DNA from: Ignavibacteriota bacterium
Lineage (GTDB): Bacteria; Bacteroidota; Ignavibacteria; UBA10030
DNA length: 64,000 bases
Direction: 5' to 3'
Assembly (NCBI GenBank): GCA_003142575.1
Contig: PLMS01000093.1
Span: 2,995 to 66,994 of the forward strand
This document shows, one piece after another, positions 10,787 to 19,620 of the stretch. Both the position numbers and the translations under genes were made by a program. Below the pieces are notes generated by a model. It saw only the letters and a list, made by a program, of their open reading frames with translations, was not told the DNA's origin and searched no databases. Every line of letters begins with the position of its first letter. The stretch's first letter is position 1.

Positions 10787-11734
10787 TTAAGATTTCAGTA
10801 CATCCATTGCCATAACCGCCGCACCGACCACAGGCGATGATTCAGCTCGACGAACGGAAACCGGCAGCAAATTTTTTCTGATGATCGAAATAACTTTCCG
10901 CGAGTAATACTGTTCGTTCGCCAGCAAACCGCCACTCAATGCCAACGGTCGCTTAGATGGATTCTTGATATTCGTGTTCATTTTCTTCAACGTCATTTCA
11001 ATGATCTCGACCAATTCCAAAGCCGCGTTATCGAGAATTCTCTTTGCAGCTTTGTCTCCTTTCGATGCCGCTTCAATCACTGTCGGCATCACGGAAGCGA
11101 TATCAAAGTTTTCTTTATAGAGAGAATAAATAATCGCTTCCTGAGTATTCAACCCGAATTTTTCTTCAAAGAGCTTTGCCAGTTTTGTCTTCGTGCTTTT
11201 ATCATCGAACGATCTTGCTACAGCGCGGAATGCTTGCTGACCCATGGCATAGCCGCTGCCCTCATCGCCGATCAATCTTCCCCATCCGCCCGCGCGGTAT
11301 ATTTTTCCACGCTCATCTTTTCCAAAGACAATCGATCCAGTTCCAGCGATGACGATCATTCCCGGCTTTCCGCCGAAAGCGCCTTCCAACGCAATGCGTG
11401 CATCGCTTTCGACGACGAGATTATTGATTGTGAGATTTCGCGTATGCGCTAAGTCCATGATTCCATCGCGCATGCTTTGCTGATCACTGGATCGACCGGC
11501 TCCTGCTAAACCCGCCACGATCGCACCGATTTGTGAAATGCTGCATCCAACTGAGTGACAGCAAGTTTCAACGAGATCAAGAATGGTATGTGAAGTTCGT
11601 TCAATACCGATGATTTGGAAGTTTGAGGGAGCACCTTGGGCTTCTGCAAGGATTACACCATCAAGCGCACATAGCACGGAAGTAGTTTTTGTTCCACCAC
11701 CATCGATACCGATAATATAGAGAGGTTTATCCAT
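10787..11734 (-). CDS. BadF/BadG/BcrA/BcrD-type ATPase, N-acetylglucosamine/N-acetylmuramate kinase-like.
   Basis: IIGIDGGGTKTT N-terminal phosphate loop plus an actin-fold ATPase pattern. I use the internal ATG start MDKPLY. Confidence 0.75.
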   Translation of the reverse strand: MDKPLYIIGIDGGGTKTTSVLCALDGVILAEAQGAPSNFQIIGIERTSHTILDLVETCCHSVGCSISQIGAIVAGLAGAGRSSDQQSMRDGIMDLAHTRNLTINNLVVESDARIALEGAFGGKPGMIVIAGTGSIVFGKDERGKIYRAGGWGRLIGDEGSGYAMGQQAFRAVARSFDDKSTKTKLAKLFEEKFGLNTQEAIIYSLYKENFDIASVMPTVIEAASKGDKAAKRILDNAALELVEIIEMTLKKMNTNIKNPSKRPLALSGGLLANEQYYSRKVISIIRKNLLPVSVRRAESSPVVGAAVMAMDVLKS

Positions 11735-11946
11735 AGATGAGAAAAATATTGACGATAATTCAATGAAAAGCAAACGATAAGAGATAATAAACGACAAAAA
11801 CATCAACAATAATCGATTTCCAGTCATGAAATATCAATTCAACCGAATTTTTCCTATTTTCCAGTCAGTAAAAGGGATTAAACCTTTTGGGTCTATGGTT
11901 GGTTAATGATTGGGATTATGAATCAATACCTTAAGAAAGGATTATC

Positions 11947-12435
11947 ATGAAGCGCATGTTGAGTATTTCAGTTGTATTAGCCATATTCCTATTCGCTGCC
12001 TGTACTGCGCAACCAGAAAAAAGGCAAAAAGCTCCAAACTTCTCGCTTCAAACTCAGAACGGAAAAGTGATTGAACTTTCCAAGTTAAAAGGAAAAGTTG
12101 TTCTTGTGAATTTTTGGGCAACGTGGTGTCCGCCATGCCGTGCAGAGATACCCGATTTTATCGAAGTGTACAACACGTACAAATCCAAAGGATTTGAAAT
12201 CATCGGTATTGCACTGGACGAAGAGGGTTGGTCAAAAGTAGCTCCTTACATTGAAAAAGTGAAAATGAATTATCCGGTAGTACTCGGATCAGCAAAAGTG
12301 GTACAACAATATGGTGGTATCGAAGGCATTCCTACAACATTTATCATAGATAAAAATGGATATATTGCAGACAGCCAGGTAGGATTACTGTCAAAAGAAT
12401 TACTCGAAAAGGCGTTGAAATCATTATTAGAGTAA
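11947..12435 (+). CDS. TlpA/ResA-family thiol-disulfide oxidoreductase lipoprotein.
   Basis: FWATWCPPCRAEIP thioredoxin motif. Lipobox LFAAC. Confidence 0.85.
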   Translation: MKRMLSISVVLAIFLFAACTAQPEKRQKAPNFSLQTQNGKVIELSKLKGKVVLVNFWATWCPPCRAEIPDFIEVYNTYKSKGFEIIGIALDEEGWSKVAPYIEKVKMNYPVVLGSAKVVQQYGGIEGIPTTFIIDKNGYIADSQVGLLSKELLEKALKSLLE

Positions 12436-12503
12436 GATGATCTCAACGATATCGAACATCTTCGAGACAGCGATCTACTATTGAAACTCACTGAAGACAT
12501 TCT

Positions 12504-14291
12504 ATGATGATGAGAATTTTTCTTTCCATTCTTCTCGCTGTGAGTTTACTGGGATCGGTCGTCCTTGCTCAATCACTATCAACAGCAAAAAAAGTGAGCG
12601 TGGAGATCAAACTCTCATCGGATAAAATTCAAGTTGGAACCACTGCTCAAGCTGCTGTTCAATTGAGCATCAATGAGAATTGGCATGTCAACTCACATCA
12701 CCCGACTTTCGATTATTTGATCGGCACCGCATTCGATCTTCAAGCCCAAGAGGGAATCATTCTTACCGATGTGCAGTATCCGCAAGGGAAACTCGTTTCA
12801 CTCTCCTTCGCCGAACAACCGATCGATGTATACGAAGGAACGACGACGATCTTTGCTTCCATCAAGTTTTCAGACAAACTTGCAACCGGAAGAGACACGC
12901 TGAAAGCAAGCATCATCGTTCAAGCATGTAACAATCAACTCTGTCTTGCTCCAGCAACCATCGAAGTGAATATACCCGTGCACATCGTGAACACTGGAGA
13001 ACCAATCATCCAGCAGTATCAAAATATTTTTGCGCAATATACGCCATCCGAAATCACAACAGGAAATGTAAAGAATGAACTTGCGATCATGTTTGATCAA
13101 AAAGGATCGCTGCTTACTTTTCTTGCCGTCTTCCTCATCGGTCTTGCTCTCAATCTTACACCGTGTGTTTATCCGATGTTATCCGTGACGATATCGTTAT
13201 TTGGTTCACAGACAGAAACGAATATTGTACGCGTCTTCATCAAGGCCATCATCTATGTTCTCGGCATTGCAACCATGTATAGTGTACTTGGTGTGACAGC
13301 CGCGCTCGGCGGCGGATTGTTTGGAAGCTGGCTGCAAAGTCCATGGGTACTTGGCGCTATTGCTGCCCTGTTGTTTGCATTAGCGCTCAGTTCATTCGGT
13401 TTATATCAAATTCAGATGCCGTATTGGCTCACCAGCAGACTCGGCGGCACAAGCGGCACTGGTTTTATCGCTCTTTATGTTTCCGGTTTGGTTGTTGGTG
13501 TGTTTGCGGCGCCCTGTGTTGGTCCGCCGGTCATTGCACTGCTGACATTCGTTGCGGCAAAAGGAAGCGCCGCATTCGGCTTTTGGACATTCTTTACTCT
13601 CTCACTCGGACTTGGACTGCCTTATCTCATTCTCGGTACATTCTCGGGACTTATTAAAAAAATTCCGCGCTCCGGTTCCTGGCTCGTCTGGGTGGAACAT
13701 ATATTCGGTGTCATACTTACAGGAACGGCGTTGTTCTATCTTTCGCTTGCAGTCGCACCGAAGGAAACCATGTATGTTGTCCCTCTGGGTCTTGTCGTCG
13801 GCGGGATCTACCTCGGTTTTGTTGATAGCTCCGGTAAGGACAAACCGGTGCTAAAGAATATTCAATGGATTTTCGGAATTGTTATGATTCTGCTCGGACT
13901 TTTATACGCCAACAGTATAAGAGACACAGGAATGACATGGGAAGAATATTCCGACTTGGATTTATCGGAGGCAAAAGAAAACGGGATGCCGGTGCTCCTC
14001 GATTTCTCTGCCGACTGGTGTATCCCATGCATGGAGCTTGACCGCAACACATGGACCGATCCGAAAGTGATCGAAGCAACAAAAGACATCAGCCGATTAA
14101 AAGTGGACCTGACATATTTTGATTCACCGGAATCGGAGACATTACGAAAAAAGTTCAATATTTCCGGTGTTCCAACAGTGATATTCATCCGAACGGATGG
14201 TACAGAAGCGACGGAATCACGGATCATCGGTTTTGTTCCCCCGAAGGAATTTTTAGCTAAACTAAAACAGGCAATGCCTACAGACTATTAA
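12504..14291 (+). CDS. dsbD: Thiol:disulfide interchange protein DsbD.
   Basis: N-terminal periplasmic domain, a CcdA-like TM core (LTPCVYPM, APCVGPP) and a C-terminal thioredoxin domain DFSADWCIPCMELD. Confidence 0.85.
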   Translation: MMMRIFLSILLAVSLLGSVVLAQSLSTAKKVSVEIKLSSDKIQVGTTAQAAVQLSINENWHVNSHHPTFDYLIGTAFDLQAQEGIILTDVQYPQGKLVSLSFAEQPIDVYEGTTTIFASIKFSDKLATGRDTLKASIIVQACNNQLCLAPATIEVNIPVHIVNTGEPIIQQYQNIFAQYTPSEITTGNVKNELAIMFDQKGSLLTFLAVFLIGLALNLTPCVYPMLSVTISLFGSQTETNIVRVFIKAIIYVLGIATMYSVLGVTAALGGGLFGSWLQSPWVLGAIAALLFALALSSFGLYQIQMPYWLTSRLGGTSGTGFIALYVSGLVVGVFAAPCVGPPVIALLTFVAAKGSAAFGFWTFFTLSLGLGLPYLILGTFSGLIKKIPRSGSWLVWVEHIFGVILTGTALFYLSLAVAPKETMYVVPLGLVVGGIYLGFVDSSGKDKPVLKNIQWIFGIVMILLGLLYANSIRDTGMTWEEYSDLDLSEAKENGMPVLLDFSADWCIPCMELDRNTWTDPKVIEATKDISRLKVDLTYFDSPESETLRKKFNISGVPTVIFIRTDGTEATESRIIGFVPPKEFLAKLKQAMPTDY

Positions 14292-14315
14292 CCTTTCACA
14301 TTATTGGAGATGAGT

Positions 14316-14747
14316 ATGAAGAAATTATTTGCAGTTATTCTTGTCATGATATTTTCTATTGCCCTTGTTGTCGCACAGGAAAAGATGAAGACGGACGAGA
14401 AACGAACCAAATCCCACTCGATGACCGGCTATTTAGTTGATAAAACATGCGGAATACATATGATTATGGCTGATATCAAGAAATCGAACGATAAAGCCGC
14501 GAGACATACAAAGGGCTGTGCGCTCGAAGAAGCTTGCAGTGCAGAAGGCTACGGTCTTGTTACAGGGGGTAAATTCTATAAGTTTGATGCGGCGGGAGAT
14601 ATAAAAGCAAAACAGTACCTCAAAGCCACAAAAAAGGAAGACAATATCAAGGTCGAAGTTATCGGCACCATGAATGATGAGCAATTAGTCGTAGAATCGA
14701 TCAAAGATTTCGAACTTGTTCCTATGAAACACCCAAAAAAGAAATAA
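14316..14747 (+). CDS. Small secreted 3-Cys protein. Last gene of the tlpA-dsbD operon.
   Basis: Signal peptide MKKLFAVILVMIFSIALVVAQ. Cys at CGIHM and GCALEEAC. Confidence 0.5.
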   Translation: MKKLFAVILVMIFSIALVVAQEKMKTDEKRTKSHSMTGYLVDKTCGIHMIMADIKKSNDKAARHTKGCALEEACSAEGYGLVTGGKFYKFDAAGDIKAKQYLKATKKEDNIKVEVIGTMNDEQLVVESIKDFELVPMKHPKKK

Positions 14748-14771
14748 TATCTTACAATAACTTTTCAGAAG

Positions 14772-14802
14772 CCGTCGTCGTGCAATCGGTGACGGTTTTT
14801 TT
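14772..14802 (+). terminator. Rho-independent terminator of the tlpA-dsbD operon.
   Basis: ccgtcgtcgtgcaatcggtgacgg followed by ttttttt. Confidence 0.6.
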
Positions 14803-14869
14803 GTACTACTTATTTCATTTGCTCTTCCTTTTTGCTTCCGCCGGCTCCTTTCTGTATATTTACTTCATC

Positions 14870-15088
14870 ATGCCTGATAATTTACTTCTTATAGTTTTTG
14901 GAATTCTCTCCTCCATCGGGTTACTTGTTGGCGGCATCGCTATTTATCTTGCAATGCAGAGCGCCAAGAAAAAAGACGGTGAACTTATGATGGCGTTTTG
15001 GGCATTTGTCGCGCTTGCCGGTCTTACCTTCGCAGGTATGAGCTGGGCATATTTTATTATCCCGATACTTTCGAATCGGTTATTTTAA
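14870..15088 (+). CDS. Possible small membrane protein.
   Basis: Two or three hydrophobic helices. The longer ORF start overlaps the terminator, so I use an internal start. Confidence 0.3.
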   Translation: MPDNLLLIVFGILSSIGLLVGGIAIYLAMQSAKKKDGELMMAFWAFVALAGLTFAGMSWAYFIIPILSNRLF

Positions 15089-15204
15089 TATTCTCCCTTA
15101 TCTTTCATTCTAGTTCAATTTACATTATTATTGGCTTGAGAGGAAAAATTTCACCTTCACTCCACCGATGGTTTTTATCACGATACGTACGAAAGGTTCA
15201 CCTC

Positions 15205-15804
15205 ATGATAAATATAATAAGAGTCCTTATAGGCGGTCTTTTTCTTATGGGATCCATACTGGGTATGGAGGCGGTTGGTCAACAACTGCCTTTTAAGATA
15301 CAAAGCCTTACACTGCGATATAAGATCGACAAGATTCTCGGGTATCAATCAGACCCTCAACATGAATCTGATGGCTATGTTCAGTACCAAATTAACGGAC
15401 AGATATTTCCGAATGGTAGCAGCCGTATTATTGCTGCTCCATCCACTAAACGCGCAACTCCATGGGAAACACTAGCAGAACTTTTATCGGCCTATCAGAA
15501 AAAAGACACTCAACTCATAAAAAATTTATTTACGATTCAATCTCAAGCCAAAATTGAACAAATGCTTTCAGACAAACAAAAGAGGGGACGTTTTTTAGAT
15601 GCCATAGGTTCGATTCAGCACATGATTGTATTTGTAGGATTTGAATACAAAGGGGGCTTTGTAGTTCTGATCCAAACACATGAAGGAGAGCCACCATTCC
15701 CGTTTTATCTTGTTCAAGAATCAGGTCAATGGAAAATGTCATCCTTCGAGGACACAGGGATTATGGTTACAAATATTGCCATGTGCCTTTGGAAGAAACT
15801 TTAA
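15205..15804 (+). CDS. Hypothetical secreted protein.
   Basis: Signal peptide MINIIRVLIGGLFLMGSILGMEAVGQ at an internal ATG of the 14998 ORF. Confidence 0.5.
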   Translation: MINIIRVLIGGLFLMGSILGMEAVGQQLPFKIQSLTLRYKIDKILGYQSDPQHESDGYVQYQINGQIFPNGSSRIIAAPSTKRATPWETLAELLSAYQKKDTQLIKNLFTIQSQAKIEQMLSDKQKRGRFLDAIGSIQHMIVFVGFEYKGGFVVLIQTHEGEPPFPFYLVQESGQWKMSSFEDTGIMVTNIAMCLWKKL

Positions 15805-16012
15805 TCGCTTGTTTGAGCTCGCAGGTGTTTGAAAATGAATTGGTACAAGGCGCAATACTTATTAGTGAGTGGACCATTTATAATATTCAGCATAGCATTT
15901 TCACTGCTTAGAATTCTTGCCAACAGGTTGTTTTGATTTTCCTGCTTGCCTTTCATTCAAGTCTGAATTACTTTACTCTTAGATAAAATGAGATCGAACG
16001 ACCGAAGAGCAT

Positions 16013-16645
16013 ATGATAACTCGCTTACAATTTCTTCTTCATAAAAAAGAACTGAAAGTTTTTTCACGACTCACTTCGCCGGTCAAGATACAGAATTTTC
16101 TTGATTCACTTCCCTACAGTGATGAGGAACGGTATCGGTGCCTACGAAGTGTTTTGCTGGATAACAAAGCCCATTGTTACGATGGCGCGGTCTTTGCCGC
16201 TGCCGCTTTGCAGATGATCGGCTTTCCGCCGCTTCTTGTAGAGATGCTGCCGAATGACCGCGATGACGACCACATTCTTGCTGTTTTTCGACAAGGGAAA
16301 TGCTGGGGTGCTGTAGCAAAATCCAATTTTGTCGGACTTCGATATCGTGAACCGGTGTACCGAAGTCTGCGCGAACTGATTATGTCATACTTCGAATCAT
16401 ATTATAACATTGCTGGAGAAAGGACGCTCCTCGGTTACACGGCTCCATTGAACCTCAACCGCTTTGGAAAACTCGACTGGCTCATTCATGACAGCGCTAT
16501 GGATGTTATTGGCGACGCATTGAATGGTATTCGGAAATATCGTATTATGACACCGGCAATGACACGGAAACTTACATGTGTCGATAAACGTTCATATAAG
16601 GCAGGCCTTCTTGGATCAAAACAATCCGGCCTTTTCAAACCATAA
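16013..16645 (+). CDS. Hypothetical protein, possibly a papain/transglutaminase-like Cys-His-Asp fold.
   Basis: HCYDGAVFAAAAL (candidate Cys) followed by DDDHILAVF (His/Asp). Weak evidence. Confidence 0.35.
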   Translation: MITRLQFLLHKKELKVFSRLTSPVKIQNFLDSLPYSDEERYRCLRSVLLDNKAHCYDGAVFAAAALQMIGFPPLLVEMLPNDRDDDHILAVFRQGKCWGAVAKSNFVGLRYREPVYRSLRELIMSYFESYYNIAGERTLLGYTAPLNLNRFGKLDWLIHDSAMDVIGDALNGIRKYRIMTPAMTRKLTCVDKRSYKAGLLGSKQSGLFKP

Positions 16646-16680
16646 CGGCATCGACATTTACATTCATCAACGATATCCGG

Positions 16681-17436
16681 ATGAAGAACGAAAAAAAGCA
16701 GCAATCAAAAATACTTTTAGAAAAACTGAGAGAGAAAGAGCGGCTTCGTACCTGCGGTGAAGAAGCAGCTCAGCGCTATCAAATAATTCACCATAATCGT
16801 TTTCACATGACTCTCGAAATCTGCAAAGAATTAATCCCCAATTCTCAAGCACGTGTGCTCGATGTGGGTCCGTCATACTTTACGACACTTTTGGCACAGG
16901 AATACAAAGATGTCTCCACACTCGGACTTGATATGATAACAGATCATGGAGGTCAGCGTAATGCTTCTACCCTTGCCCTGGCTCTTCCCCATGTGAAGTT
17001 TGAATTAAACAATTCTAGGGACATCAGGAACTGGCCAAAGGTTGTACCACCATTTGATTTGATCGTGTTCGCGGAGACGCTCGAACATTTGTACACTGCT
17101 CCGGAATATTCATTGGCGTTTCTGAGCAGTCTTCTGACCGAGAAGGGAATTCTTCTCGTTACAACACCCAATGCAGCAATGATCATGAAGCGTCTCATTT
17201 TATTGCTCAAGGGAAAAAATCCTTACGAGAAAATTCGATTGATCGGAGAGAACCCCGGACATTACAGGGAATATACGATGAAAGAGTTGGTAGATATTGG
17301 TACACAGTGTCGACTTAATCCCGTCTATGCTGAATACATTAATTTTTATGCTTCTGCCAATTTTATCTATGGGTTTCTGAAATGTTTGAAGTCCACATTC
17401 AAGGATAGTCTTGTGGTTGCATTTCGGAGAATGTAA
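16681..17436 (+). CDS. Class I SAM-dependent methyltransferase.
   Basis: VLDVGPSYFT (motif I) and DLIVFAETLEHL (post-I acidic motif). Confidence 0.75.
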   Translation: MKNEKKQQSKILLEKLREKERLRTCGEEAAQRYQIIHHNRFHMTLEICKELIPNSQARVLDVGPSYFTTLLAQEYKDVSTLGLDMITDHGGQRNASTLALALPHVKFELNNSRDIRNWPKVVPPFDLIVFAETLEHLYTAPEYSLAFLSSLLTEKGILLVTTPNAAMIMKRLILLLKGKNPYEKIRLIGENPGHYREYTMKELVDIGTQCRLNPVYAEYINFYASANFIYGFLKCLKSTFKDSLVVAFRRM

Positions 17437-17455
17437 CTCTCCATGTATTATTTAT

Positions 17456-17944
17456 ATGGAAAGGACTATCTTTATGATAGAACATAAAAATTTTATTGAT
17501 GCTCTTGAACGACTTCCCAACGCTCTGAGCGCCGCTGTACGTGGGTTGTCTGATAAGCAGCTCGATACACCTGTCGGCGAAGGCAAATGGACCATCCGGC
17601 AGATTACGCATCATATTGCCGATGCCAACATGAACGCGTACACTCGGATGAAGCTCATCGTCACCGAAGAAAAGCCCATCCTGAAACCTTATAACCAAGA
17701 TCAATGGGCAATTCTTGCAGATTGCAAGAGCGGTCCGATTGAATCAACCCTGATGCTTATCAAAGGATTACACGAACGATGGGTCCTTTTCTTACGATCG
17801 CTGCCCGAGACAAGTTGGACAAGAGAAGGAATTCATCTGGAAAACGGCAAGGTGGCACTTTTTGATATACTAAAATTATATTCAAGACATGGTGAATCTC
17901 ACATGCAGCAGATCGTCACATTCCGTGAAAAAATGAAATGGTAG
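17456..17944 (+). CDS. DinB/YfiT-like (DinB_2) metal-dependent protein.
   Basis: GKWTIRQITHHIADANMNAY ... H..H pattern. Confidence 0.7.
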   Translation: MERTIFMIEHKNFIDALERLPNALSAAVRGLSDKQLDTPVGEGKWTIRQITHHIADANMNAYTRMKLIVTEEKPILKPYNQDQWAILADCKSGPIESTLMLIKGLHERWVLFLRSLPETSWTREGIHLENGKVALFDILKLYSRHGESHMQQIVTFREKMKW

Positions 17945-17956
17945 ACAGAATCCGCA

Positions 17957-18295
17957 ATGAATCATGAATGGATGAAATCATTCCATGCCGCAATTATTGT
18001 ATGCGATGTCCATGGGATCATTCTTGAAATGAACGATAAGGCAATCGACACCTTCAAAGAAGATGGCGGGAAAAAACTCCTTGGCAAGAACCTCCTTGAA
18101 TGCCATCCTGAACAGGCCCGCTTACAGCTTGTGGAAATGTTGAGAACCAAAAAACCGAATTATTACACCATCGAAAAGCGAGGAGTAAAAAAGTTGATTT
18201 ATCAGGTACCATGGTATCAAGACGGAACGTACGCCGGTTTTGTTGAACTCAGCCTTCCCGTTCCATCCGAAATGCCGCATTTTATTCGGGCGTAA
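17957..18295 (+). CDS. Stand-alone PAS domain protein.
   Basis: About 110 aa with a PAS fold pattern (AIIVCDVHGIILEMNDKA ... LECHPE). Confidence 0.65.
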   Translation: MNHEWMKSFHAAIIVCDVHGIILEMNDKAIDTFKEDGGKKLLGKNLLECHPEQARLQLVEMLRTKKPNYYTIEKRGVKKLIYQVPWYQDGTYAGFVELSLPVPSEMPHFIRA

Positions 18296-18314
18296 GAGAA
18301 AGGGACAGACACGT

Positions 18315-18722
18315 ATGCAATTCCTCGAATGGGAAGATTCATATAACATCGGTGTGAAAGAGATCGACATTCAACATCGTGGATTGTTCGACATCATTAG
18401 CAAACTCTCCGCAACACGTCGATTCGAGACTGAAGGACGATATTTCCTCGCTACACTGGATAAAATTGTGGAGTATGCGAAGATTCACTTCGCTACCGAG
18501 GAACGCTATATGCGGGAAGCCCAATATCCAAAATTAGCTGAACATCAGCAGGAACATAGGTCATTCTTTCCGGAAGTGGAGAAGCTTATGAAAGATCTTG
18601 AAAACAAACAACCGAACATTCATCAAAAGATTCTCGATTTTCTTAAAGACTGGTACATGTCTCATATTTTGGGATCAGATCGCGATTATCAAAAAACGCT
18701 CAAGGATAAAGGATTTACATAA
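18315..18722 (+). CDS. Bacteriohemerythrin.
   Basis: MQFLEWEDSYNIGVKEIDIQHR ... HF.TEE ... H ... WYMSHILGSDRDY. Confidence 0.85.
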   Translation: MQFLEWEDSYNIGVKEIDIQHRGLFDIISKLSATRRFETEGRYFLATLDKIVEYAKIHFATEERYMREAQYPKLAEHQQEHRSFFPEVEKLMKDLENKQPNIHQKILDFLKDWYMSHILGSDRDYQKTLKDKGFT

Positions 18723-18741
18723 AAGCAAGGAGCCGCAGTCA

Positions 18742-19155
18742 ATGAAAACCATAGAATGGCAAGACGAATATACCGTTGGTGTGAAGGAACTTGATGACCA
18801 GCACCGAAGTCTGCTCAACACGATCAACATGTTGCTTGAAGAGCAGAGAGACAAATACGAAGCAGCAAAATTTTCTCCGGCGCTTTCCTCGCTCATTCAT
18901 TATGCCTATACACATTTTGCGACAGAAGAACGGTATCTCTTACAAGTACATTTTCCCGATCTGAAGCAGCATGTATTGGATCACATTGACTTTATTATGA
19001 AAACACTTGGTCTTGCTTTGAGAATAGAAAGCAGCGAGGATGAATCGCGAATAGAACTTCTCCGATATCTGAAAGAGTGGTATTCTTCCCATGTGCTTGG
19101 AACCGACAGACAGTACATTCCATTCCTTGCATCGAAAAAGAACACAGAACCATGA
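18742..19155 (+). CDS. Bacteriohemerythrin, tandem paralog.
   Basis: MKTIEWQDEYTVGVKELDDQHR ... HFATEE ... H..DH ... WYSSHVLGTDRQY. Confidence 0.85.
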   Translation: MKTIEWQDEYTVGVKELDDQHRSLLNTINMLLEEQRDKYEAAKFSPALSSLIHYAYTHFATEERYLLQVHFPDLKQHVLDHIDFIMKTLGLALRIESSEDESRIELLRYLKEWYSSHVLGTDRQYIPFLASKKNTEP

Positions 19156-19204
19156 TAGACGGGATTTCATCATCAATAAACAGGAAGATTTCCAAGGATA
19201 AACT

Positions 19205-19567
19205 ATGTCGACAAAACTTGACGAGTTCCGCAAGTACCGCACAAAGATGAATGACCGCATTGGTCAAATCGATCATCTTGGTATCAAACGTTTTCTTAAT
19301 TTGGATGGTGCTGCCTACAAAGAAGGAACGCTCGATTCCAAGACAAAAGAATTGCTGGGCGTGGTAGCATCGGCCGTTCTCCGGTGCAACGATTGCATAG
19401 ACTATCATCTCATTCAATGTCTCGATGCAGGATGGAAAGACGAGGAATTATATGACGCATTGAACGTGGCGCTTATTGTCGGTGGAAGCATTTTTATTCC
19501 GCATCTGCGCCACGCCGTGGAAACAATCGACACACTTCGTGCCGAACGGAAACCTTTGGAAGTCTGA
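19205..19567 (+). CDS. Carboxymuconolactone decarboxylase / AhpD-like family protein.
   Basis: AVLRCNDCIDYH CxxC..H core of the AhpD-like fold. Confidence 0.7.
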   Translation: MSTKLDEFRKYRTKMNDRIGQIDHLGIKRFLNLDGAAYKEGTLDSKTKELLGVVASAVLRCNDCIDYHLIQCLDAGWKDEELYDALNVALIVGGSIFIPHLRHAVETIDTLRAERKPLEV

Positions 19568-19620
19568 GCCGAACCAGTGAAGCCTTTTTCACATAATGAA
19601 AATATTCCGAGGAGTAATTT

